Shown here piece by piece: positions 16,731 to 24,157 of a stretch of 31,778 nt of DNA. The notes under the pieces are model-generated. The model ran no database searches. It had not been told where the DNA came from and saw nothing but the letters and a program-made list of their open reading frames with translations. Source of the DNA: a virus (Duplodnaviria > Caudoviricetes); the IMG/VR virus record IMGVR_UViG_3300032305_001620, positions 1-31,778 of that record; one strand, given 5' to 3'. Position 1 is the stretch's first letter. Each line of letters opens with the position of its first letter. Position numbers and translations under genes: made by a program.

Positions 16731-17404
16731 TCACATTCAAAGAATTTCTTTTTGAAATTAAAAGAATTCCACCACTTGATCAAAGAAAAATAGATCAAGA
16801 GATTCGTAGACATGGTAAAACAGATGATTATGTTACAAAAAATCCTATAAAACGATTTGTAAGACCAAGAGGAGTTATTGAAGCAGAATTTCAACATGGT
16901 CCACATACCATTCAAATGACTCATGTTCCTGCAGAAAAAAAATTCATTTTTCATCATAAAGAAACTGGTGAACCAGTAGCTATTGCCAGATATCAAAAGA
17001 ATGAACAGGGCGTAATTGATAGAATAGATCAAACTAAATCATCCGATTATACAGTACCTGCACTTTCCTTGAAAGGAATTCAAGCAATCAAATCAAAACA
17101 TAGAGTTGATTTGAATCCTCAAAAGATGGTTTTGACACCACAAGGTCAACGTGCTTTGGAAATCATGAAGAAAAGAGGAAAACTTGAAGAAGAGAAACTA
17201 CTTGACAAGCCAACCAAAACAGCAAGGCAAATAGCAAAAAAACATAAAGTTCCTGTATCCAAAATTTTGAAACAATTGAAAAAAGGAATTTCAGTTGAGA
17301 AGGAACATACTTCAAAAGATGAAGTTGCCAAAGAAATTGCTTTGGATCATTTAGATGAATTTCCTGATTACTATGATAGATTGAAAAAAATTGAAAAGAA
17401 ATAA
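16727..17404 (+). CDS. Two-module protein: possible GNAT-like domain plus DUF5661-like domain
   Basis: MITFKEFLFE leader; LEE junction aa 153-155; C-terminal QL.KGI.VE.EHT....A.EIALDHL.E.PDYY.RL. Confidence 0.65.
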   Translation: MITFKEFLFEIKRIPPLDQRKIDQEIRRHGKTDDYVTKNPIKRFVRPRGVIEAEFQHGPHTIQMTHVPAEKKFIFHHKETGEPVAIARYQKNEQGVIDRIDQTKSSDYTVPALSLKGIQAIKSKHRVDLNPQKMVLTPQGQRALEIMKKRGKLEEEKLLDKPTKTARQIAKKHKVPVSKILKQLKKGISVEKEHTSKDEVAKEIALDHLDEFPDYYDRLKKIEKK

Positions 17405-17550
17405 AAACAGATTTATTTTGAACCGATTAAAATTATGTAATCCTTTGTTCTCTATTTATCCCTGCGACATACTGACACACAATTTTCCTTTCATTTTCAA
17501 TAATATTTACCAAACGACAAACAAAAGCGGCTTCATTAACAATTATTCAC

Positions 17551-17578
17551 TTGACTTTTGAAAAATCTGTGGTATAAT
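17551..17578 (+). promoter_or_regulatory. Sigma70-type promoter with extended -10
   Basis: TTGACT-16 nt-TATAAT with TG preceding the -10; no ORF for ~300 nt downstream. Confidence 0.75.
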
Positions 17579-17742
17579 ACTCTCAATTACTTCCCAATTG
17601 TAACTTTAGAAACCTTAAAACCTTTAATCTTCTTGGTTTATAAGAACACTTACAAACCTTAAGTTTTAAAAACAGAATAAACCGGAAGTCTTAAGTTTCT
17701 TATAATTTGATCTAGAGACAACAATAAAACAAAAATAGAGAC

Positions 17743-17784
17743 GTTAATGCGTCAGCATTAACCTTGGTTGCGTAAGCAACCAAG
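17743..17784. repeat. Two abutting perfect hairpins with GC-GTNA-GC caps
   Basis: GTTAATGC-GTCA-GCATTAAC and CTTGGTTGC-GTAA-GCAACCAAG. Confidence 0.85.
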
Positions 17785-17882
17785 TTACGGTTATATAATT
17801 CGTTTAATTCTTTTCCGTTCTCAATGAATAACTATGTCTTTTTCTTTTTGATATAATAAATAATTAAAATCATAAGGATTAG

Positions 17883-18446
17883 ATGAAAATGAGTTTGTTA
17901 AGACAACCTGATAATTTAAATTTTGCTTCACAATTAAATTTTAAATTTTTCATATCAAGATTACCCCATGTTGAGTTCTTTGTTCAGGCAGTAAATTTGC
18001 CTTCAGTAAATCTTGGTGTAATAAATCAACCAAACCCATTCATTAACATACCAAGGGCAGGTGATCATATTAATTATGGACCATTTTCAATTGTTTTTAA
18101 AGTTGATGAAATGTTCAATAATTATAAAGAATTATATGATTGGTTTACTGCACTTGGATTTCCTGATAACTTTGAACAGGCAAAAGATGTGTATGCAGGA
18201 GATAAGTTTCAACAACTTTTAAAGGAAACCACTGGCAAGGGTCCATCTTCTGAAGCAACTCTTACAATTCTTAATTCATCCATGAATAGTATTGCAACAG
18301 TGACATTTTATGACTTATTTCCTTCAGGATTATCAGAAGTAACATTTGATACAAGAAACCCATCAATAACCTATATTGAAGCTACATGTACCTTTGCATT
18401 TAGAAAATTTTCAATTAATTCATCAGGTAGCTTGACAACGTTCTAA
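17883..18446 (+). CDS. gp3: Tail completion / sheath stabiliser protein
   Basis: NF.S..NFKF...RLP.VEFF.Q.VNLP.V.LG, GD...Y....I.F.VDE...NY.E.Y.W, ATL.ILNS, F.DLFP..LS...FD. Confidence 0.92.
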   Translation: MKMSLLRQPDNLNFASQLNFKFFISRLPHVEFFVQAVNLPSVNLGVINQPNPFINIPRAGDHINYGPFSIVFKVDEMFNNYKELYDWFTALGFPDNFEQAKDVYAGDKFQQLLKETTGKGPSSEATLTILNSSMNSIATVTFYDLFPSGLSEVTFDTRNPSITYIEATCTFAFRKFSINSSGSLTTF

Positions 18447-18460
18447 AAAAGTGATATATA
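18432..18460 (+). promoter_or_regulatory. Sigma70-type promoter
   Basis: TTGACA-17 nt-TATATA with TG extension, upstream of the HD/uvsY/uvsW unit. Confidence 0.7.
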
Positions 18461-18493
18461 ATATAGATTAGCGATAAAAATGGCGGATTTGAT

Positions 18494-19051
18494 ATGGAAG
18501 TAGCAGAAGATTGGATGCAAACTTGGTCAGGAGTAAAGTTTTCTATTTTACATCCTACTGAAGACATGATTCAAATAGAAGATATAGCACATGCTTTAAG
18601 TCATATCTGCAGATACAATGGACACTGCAATCGTTTTTATTCTGTTGCAGAACATTCTATTTTACTTGCAGAGTATGTTTTTTCTCAAGAAAAAAATTCT
18701 CAAATGGCTCTGGAAACCCTTTTACATGATGCTACAGAGGCTTATTATTGTGACCTACCAAGACCATTCAAATATAATCTTCCCTTGTACAGGGAGTTTG
18801 AGATTAGGCTGGAAAAGATAATAGCAAGCAAGTTTGGGTTGTCTTATCCAATGGCTTCTTGGCTTAAAGATTTGGATTCAAGAATGTTGAAAACAGAAAA
18901 AAATCAAATCATGAACACACATCATGAATGGTATTGTGATAATCTGGAACCTTTGCCTATTAAAATTCCAAACATTCCACCAAACCAAAAAACTTTAAAA
19001 ACATCTTTTCTGCATATGTTTGATAACTACGTTGACTTGATGGTGGCTTGA
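18494..19051 (+). CDS. HD-domain phosphohydrolase (YfbR/5'-deoxynucleotidase-like)
   Basis: IEDIAHALS..CRY.GH...FYSVAEHS, LLHDATEAY..DLPRP.K, D..ML.TE. Confidence 0.88.
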   Translation: MEVAEDWMQTWSGVKFSILHPTEDMIQIEDIAHALSHICRYNGHCNRFYSVAEHSILLAEYVFSQEKNSQMALETLLHDATEAYYCDLPRPFKYNLPLYREFEIRLEKIIASKFGLSYPMASWLKDLDSRMLKTEKNQIMNTHHEWYCDNLEPLPIKIPNIPPNQKTLKTSFLHMFDNYVDLMVA

Positions 19052-19485
19052 TGATTGAAGAATTGATGGAGTTGTGGGGTAAAGATAGCAAAATAGATAA
19101 ATCTTCTCTGGATAATGAGAGTCTGAAGATATCTGAACTACACAACAAATATTTTAAAATCTATTTGAAGATTTCTAAAAGAAAAAGAATTCAAAAAGCA
19201 GACTATTATAAGCTTTTGAATCTGAAGAAAAGATATTATCTTGGAACAATGGATAAGCAGGAAATTGAAGAAAAAGGATGGGTTCCTTTTAATCTGAAGG
19301 TGGCTCAGACTCAATTACAACCTTATCTTGACTCTGATCAAGACCTTATAAAAATGTCTTTGGAATTAGGTGAAATAGATGATCAGATTGAGTTTTGTAA
19401 ATCCATTTTGGATATAGTGATAAAAAGAGGGTTTCATATAAACAGTGCTATTGACTTTATTAAATTTCAAAACGGTTTATCATGA
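19048..19485 (+). CDS. uvsY: Recombination mediator UvsY
   Basis: W.KDSKID...LD.ESLKI..LH.KY, YY.G, YLDSD.DL, RGF.I..AIDF.KF..G. Confidence 0.93.
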   Translation: MMIEELMELWGKDSKIDKSSLDNESLKISELHNKYFKIYLKISKRKRIQKADYYKLLNLKKRYYLGTMDKQEIEEKGWVPFNLKVAQTQLQPYLDSDQDLIKMSLELGEIDDQIEFCKSILDIVIKRGFHINSAIDFIKFQNGLS

Positions 19486-20963
19486 CCGATTTGTTTATTA
19501 CCAAATCAGATGCAGTTTTTCATAGACTGTCTGGGAACCAGTCACTTATAAAAGAACTTTCAGACATTTTTACGTTTGAAGTTCCCAATTTCTTTTTCAT
19601 CAAGAAAAAAACAGGAAGAGTTAATTGGGATGGAAAAATAAGACTACTTAAAGGCAACCATATTTACCAAGGTCTTACAAAAGATATTATTGAGTTTTGT
19701 CAAAAAAATGATTATTCCTATGAATATTCAGATGATATTTCTCACAAATCCAAATACAAACTTGATAATGAAACGGTTAAACCTTTTTTGGAAAGTCTAA
19801 ATTTACCCAAAGAGTTGCATGGATCACCTTTTGAAGTCAGAGACTATCAGATAGACACTTTGATAAAAGGTTCAAGAGTAAATCAAAGACTGTTTATAAG
19901 TCCAACATCATCAGGCAAAAGCTTGATGATCTATATGTTTACTGAGTTATTCAAAGATAAAAAAATATTGATAATTGTACCTACAACAACTCTGGTACAT
20001 CAGATGGAATCTGATTTCAAAGAATATGGTTCAAAAGACAGCTATCATAAAATATTTTCTGGTCAAGAAAAAGAACCTCTGGAAAGAGTTACTGTTTCAA
20101 CATGGCAGTCTCTTTATAACCTTCCTAAGAAATGGTTTCATTCTTTTGATATGGTCATAGGAGATGAAGCACATTTATACAAAGCAGCATCTTTGAAATA
20201 CATCATGGAAAACCTTGTCAACGCTTATATCAGATTTGGGTTTACTGGCACTCTTGATGGACTACAGGTAAATGAAATGGTACTTAGAGGGTTGTTTGGT
20301 CCTCTGTATAAAGTGGTATCAATCAAGACTTTGACAGAGAACAAACAGATATCAAAATTCAATATTAAATCTGTTCTGTTGAAATATACGAATGAAGAAA
20401 GACAAAAAAACAACAGTATAGGCTATCAAGATGAAATAGATTTTTTGGTTTCAAATCAAAGAAGAAACGAGTTCATCAAAAACCTTTGTCTTAAAATTAA
20501 AGGTAATACCATACTGTTTTTTCAGTATGTAGAGAAACATGGAAAACCGTTATATGAAATGATAAAAAAAGATATAGGAGATGATAGAAAAGTATTTTTC
20601 ATCTCAGGTGAAGTGGACGGTGAAGAACGTAACGATATACGCAAGATAGTTGAAAAAGAAAAAGATTGCATTATAGTGGCTTCCTATGGTACAACATCTA
20701 CTGGTATCAATATTAGGAAAATAGAAAATTTGATTTTTGCCTCACCATCCAAATCCAGAGTCAAAGTTTTGCAGAGTATTGGTAGAGGATTAAGGTTGTC
20801 TAAAGACAAAGAAATGGTTACGATTTATGATATTGCTGATGATCTTTCATGGAAAACCAAAAATACAATTAAGGTCAACCATACCTTTAGACATTTTACA
20901 GAAAGAATGAAAATCTACAATGAGGAGGAGTTTGAATATAAAATGCATACTATCAATATATGA
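19482..20963 (+). CDS. uvsW: SF2 DNA helicase UvsW
   Basis: WDGKIRL, RDYQ, SPTSSGKS, GDEAH, GFTGT, ASYGT.STGINI, LQSIGRGLR. Confidence 0.97.
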   Translation: MTDLFITKSDAVFHRLSGNQSLIKELSDIFTFEVPNFFFIKKKTGRVNWDGKIRLLKGNHIYQGLTKDIIEFCQKNDYSYEYSDDISHKSKYKLDNETVKPFLESLNLPKELHGSPFEVRDYQIDTLIKGSRVNQRLFISPTSSGKSLMIYMFTELFKDKKILIIVPTTTLVHQMESDFKEYGSKDSYHKIFSGQEKEPLERVTVSTWQSLYNLPKKWFHSFDMVIGDEAHLYKAASLKYIMENLVNAYIRFGFTGTLDGLQVNEMVLRGLFGPLYKVVSIKTLTENKQISKFNIKSVLLKYTNEERQKNNSIGYQDEIDFLVSNQRRNEFIKNLCLKIKGNTILFFQYVEKHGKPLYEMIKKDIGDDRKVFFISGEVDGEERNDIRKIVEKEKDCIIVASYGTTSTGINIRKIENLIFASPSKSRVKVLQSIGRGLRLSKDKEMVTIYDIADDLSWKTKNTIKVNHTFRHFTERMKIYNEEEFEYKMHTINI

Positions 20964-21451
20964 TTAAAGAAGATACTACAGATAATTATAAAATGGTAAT
21001 TCTCCATCTCAAGAATGGAGATAATTTAATCGGTCCTGCAATAATTCATAGACCTGTTGGTACATCTGTTGACATAGAACAATGGATTTACACTGATTTT
21101 GTTCTCATGAACAAGCCATTAAGGGCTGTTGTTGACCTTTCAACAGAAAGATGTGTCCTTGGACTGTTTAAGTACAATGTCATGACTGATAACGAATATT
21201 CAATGATCAAATCAGACAACATTCAAAGTATTTCATATTTAAATGAACAAAATATTCTTCTGTACAATTCAGCAGTAAAATATTTTGATACCGTTATTTT
21301 ACCAAGATTCAATAAAGAAGTTGATGCGTATATCAATCAGTTGAGTATCAGCTTAAAAAAAAATGAATCAGTAAAGCCAAAAGAAACAAATGATCTTGAT
21401 CTGGACACCATAATGAAAATTATTCCTATTTCAAATACTACAATACATTAA
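20960..21451 (+). CDS. Hypothetical protein between uvsW and gp55 (possibly Sm-like N-terminus)
   Basis: ILHLKNGDNLIG start motif; ATGA overlap with uvsW. Confidence 0.6.
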   Translation: MIKEDTTDNYKMVILHLKNGDNLIGPAIIHRPVGTSVDIEQWIYTDFVLMNKPLRAVVDLSTERCVLGLFKYNVMTDNEYSMIKSDNIQSISYLNEQNILLYNSAVKYFDTVILPRFNKEVDAYINQLSISLKKNESVKPKETNDLDLDTIMKIIPISNTTIH

Positions 21452-21462
21452 AGAGGGTTACT

Positions 21463-22032
21463 ATGGCTAATAATTACGTTGATAATAAAAAAATGTATGA
21501 AGAGTTGGTTGTCTATAATACTTTATTAAAAGAATATGAAAACGATAAAACAAAAAGAAAGCCACGAATGAGCAACTATTTGGGAGAATGTTTCATTCTG
21601 ATTGCTAATAACTTAGCGGTAAGACCACAGTTTGTTAATTATGTTTTCAAAGAAGAAATGATTGGAGATGCAATTGAAAACTGTGTAAACTATTGCCACA
21701 ATTTTGACCATACCAAATATACCAACCCTTTTGCATATTTTACTCAAATAATTTATTATGCCTTTATTCGTAGAATCTATAAGGAAAAAAGACACCTATA
21801 TATCAAGCATAAAATTGGTGAAAACAATTTTCTCTTTGAAAGTTATGATGAAGAAAGTATCAATTTTGAAGAAGGTAAAGAACGATTTGCGAACAATATG
21901 ATGGACAATGATAAAATGAACCAAATCGTAAAAGGCTTTGAAGAGAACTTGACAAAGAAAAAAATAAAGCGTAAAAAGAGTTCTGAAGCAAAACTATATG
22001 ATGGAGAAGTTATAAATGACACAGAAGAATGA
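21463..22032 (+). CDS. gp55: Late transcription sigma factor
   Basis: NYVDNK, YLGECF..IA..L..RP.F.NY.F.EEMI.DAIENC..Y..NFD.....NPFAYFTQI.YYAF.RRI.KEK. Confidence 0.98.
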   Translation: MANNYVDNKKMYEELVVYNTLLKEYENDKTKRKPRMSNYLGECFILIANNLAVRPQFVNYVFKEEMIGDAIENCVNYCHNFDHTKYTNPFAYFTQIIYYAFIRRIYKEKRHLYIKHKIGENNFLFESYDEESINFEEGKERFANNMMDNDKMNQIVKGFEENLTKKKIKRKKSSEAKLYDGEVINDTEE

Positions 22033-22222
22033 AATTGTTGTTCCACCAATTATTCGTGATTGGGTTAGTATTATCAACAATTCTACTATGAACCAGAACG
22101 CAAGGGATAATTATTATCTCAATCTAAAAGAAGTCAGTAAGTATATTGAGGAAGAATTGCGTAAATATGATAACGCAAAACTCAAGACACTTTCATTGAA
22201 GCAAGTGAAAAGAAAGAAATAG
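22016..22222 (+). CDS. Hypothetical protein
   Basis: 68-aa ORF with GGAG SD overlapping gp55 end. Confidence 0.6.
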   Translation: MTQKNEIVVPPIIRDWVSIINNSTMNQNARDNYYLNLKEVSKYIEEELRKYDNAKLKTLSLKQVKRKK

Positions 22223-22231
22223 GAGATTATT

Positions 22232-22546
22232 ATGCATTCATATAAAGTTGTAGTGAGCACACATAGTAGTGGTCTTGGTGACGCTGGTACAGATGTTAAT
22301 TCATTTTATGAAAATGCAGAAACTGCATATGAGGCTTATCATACTGCTAAGAAAATGTTTCAAGATCATGTTGATCGTAAAAACACTAAAGAAACATCAT
22401 TTGCTATTGAAGATATGTTTGGTGAAACTGCATTTGAAACCAATAGTATTACACGTGTAAGAATTATTGATGAATTTAAATGGACTGAAAATTTGAAAGA
22501 AGTAATGAAAGTAGAAAAACAAATGAAAAATGAGATTGGTGAATGA
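22232..22546 (+). CDS. Hypothetical protein
   Basis: 104-aa ORF with AGGAG SD. Confidence 0.7.
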   Translation: MHSYKVVVSTHSSGLGDAGTDVNSFYENAETAYEAYHTAKKMFQDHVDRKNTKETSFAIEDMFGETAFETNSITRVRIIDEFKWTENLKEVMKVEKQMKNEIGE

Positions 22547-22551
22547 ATAAA

Positions 22552-22599
22552 GTTTACTCCAAAATGTTATTTTTTATAAATACTCATTTTGGAGTAAAC
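22552..22599 (+). promoter_or_regulatory. RBS-sequestering hairpin with late promoter TATAAATA (22575-22582) in its loop
   Basis: GTTTACTCCAAAATG (22552-22566) and CATTTTGGAGTAAAC (22585-22599) are a perfect 15-bp inverted repeat; GGAG is in the 3' arm; ATG at 22602. Confidence 0.92.
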
Positions 22600-22601
22600 A
22601 A

Positions 22602-23099
22602 ATGCCACAATCACAAAATAGAAACGATGCAATAAAAGATGGGTTGAAGATATATAATGGTTCTCCATGTGTACAATGTCAATCTACTGAAAAATGGGTT
22701 ACAAGTTATTCATGTGTTCCATGTACTAAAAAAAGAGTAAGAGAGCGTGATCCAAATATTACAAAAAAATATCAACAAAAAAATAAAGAAAGAGTGAATC
22801 TTAAATCAAAAAAGTGGAGAAAAAAAGATACAAATAAAAAAATTAGATATTTAAACGGAAACTTGAAAAAATATGGAATTGATTTGATAGAATATAATAA
22901 ACTTGTTGAATTACAAAATAAAAAATGTTTTATATGTCAAAAAATACCAAAAAAAAGATTAGTTGTTGATCATTGTCATAAAACAGGAAAAACAAGAAAT
23001 CTTTTATGTAGTAATTGTAATACTGGGTTAGGATTTTTATATGAGGATATTGAAATTATGAAAAATATGATTGAATATGTAGAAAGACATTCTTCATGA
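22602..23099 (+). mobile_element. Endonuclease VII-family (HNH) nuclease, probably a free-standing homing endonuclease
   Basis: YGI....Y..L...Q...C.IC......L.VDHCH.TG..R.LLC..CN.GLG; N-terminal CxxC..CxxC; lacks gp49-type C-terminal extension; AT-rich insert before gp47. Confidence 0.85.
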
Positions 23100-24157
23100 A
23101 AGCAGCGTTAATTTGTGACACTCATTTTGGGGCAAAAAACGATGATCAAAATTTTGCCTCATATATAAATGATTTCTATAAAAACACATTCTTTCCCTAT
23201 CTAAAAAAGCATAATATCTCCCACATAATTCATTTGGGAGATATTATGGATAGGCGTAAGTATGTGTCTTATCTGACTGCACAACAGTTTCGTAAGAATT
23301 TCATTGAACCTGTTTTGGAAAACAATTTAATTCTTGATCTGATCATAGGTAATCATGACACCTATTTCAAACACACCAATTCACTCAATTCAATGCGTGA
23401 ACTGGTTTCAGGTAAAGAATATAAAAACATAACAATCATAGAATCTCCTACTTGTTATCAAAGATATAAGAACAAAGTTATGTACATTCCTTGGATCAAT
23501 GAAGAAAACTCAAAAGAAACATTTGACATGATCAAAGAATTGAAACCTTCTTTGATTTTTGGACATTTAGAAATAGCTGGTTTTGGTATGTATAAAGGAG
23601 TTGAGAATAAAGATGGACTATCTTCTACAGTTTTTGATGGTGTTGGCATGGTGTTTACTGGTCATTATCACCATAAATCCACCAAAGGCAATATTAACTA
23701 TTTGGGAGCACCATATCAAATTACTTGGTCCGATTATGATGATGCTAGGGGCTTTCATGTTTTTGACTTTGATACTTATCACCTAGAATATGTTGAGAAC
23801 AAAAATAATCTTTTTGAAAAGATTTTTTATAATGATACAAAACTTGATGCATCAGAAGTCAATAAAATGGATTTTTCCAATCTTAAAGGAAAACATGTAA
23901 AGGTTATTGTGTCAGAAAAAAACAATCCTTATCTTTTTGATCTTGTCATTGAGAAAATTGAGAAGTCAGGTATTGCTGAGATGCAGGTTGTTGACGATCA
24001 TAAACATCTTGATATCATAGAAAATGAAGATGTTGTTGATGAAACCTCTGATACTCTGTCTATTATCAATGATTATGTGTCCAACAGAAAAGAACTTCCT
24101 GATCCAGACAGAGTTAAAAAGCTAATAACAGAATTATATAATGAGGCTATGTCCTAA
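23096..24157 (+). CDS. gp47: Recombination endonuclease subunit (Mre11/SbcD-like)
   Basis: DTHFG, HLGD..DRRK, GNHD, GHLE, GHYH, YLGAPY..TWSD. Confidence 0.97.
   Translation: MKAALICDTHFGAKNDDQNFASYINDFYKNTFFPYLKKHNISHIIHLGDIMDRRKYVSYLTAQQFRKNFIEPVLENNLILDLIIGNHDTYFKHTNSLNSMRELVSGKEYKNITIIESPTCYQRYKNKVMYIPWINEENSKETFDMIKELKPSLIFGHLEIAGFGMYKGVENKDGLSSTVFDGVGMVFTGHYHHKSTKGNINYLGAPYQITWSDYDDARGFHVFDFDTYHLEYVENKNNLFEKIFYNDTKLDASEVNKMDFSNLKGKHVKVIVSEKNNPYLFDLVIEKIEKSGIAEMQVVDDHKHLDIIENEDVVDETSDTLSIINDYVSNRKELPDPDRVKKLITELYNEAMS

Noticed and set aside
9903-17404. gp24 vertex, hoc or soc genes after gp23
   Set aside because: No capsid-fold paralog or Ig-like repeat protein is recognisable; absence here is common in non-enteric T4-like phages.
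16086-17404. DarTG-like toxin-antitoxin pairing of the ART genes with neighbours
   Set aside because: No macrodomain, NADAR or ADP-ribosylglycohydrolase motifs are recognisable nearby; the shared leaders explain the clustering better.
17580-17800. CRISPR mini-array in the large intergenic region
   Set aside because: Repeats are only 7-13 nt, degenerate and irregularly spaced; there is no repeat-spacer periodicity.
18494-19051. Evidence for a 2-aminoadenine (Z) genome
   Set aside because: An HD protein alone is not diagnostic, and no purZ or mazZ is in this window.
22602-23099. Calling this ORF the Holliday-junction resolvase gp49
   Set aside because: The nuclease domain is C-terminal behind a Cys-rich basic region and lacks the gp49 C-terminal extension; this fits a mobile EndoVII-type nuclease better, though gp49 function is not excluded.
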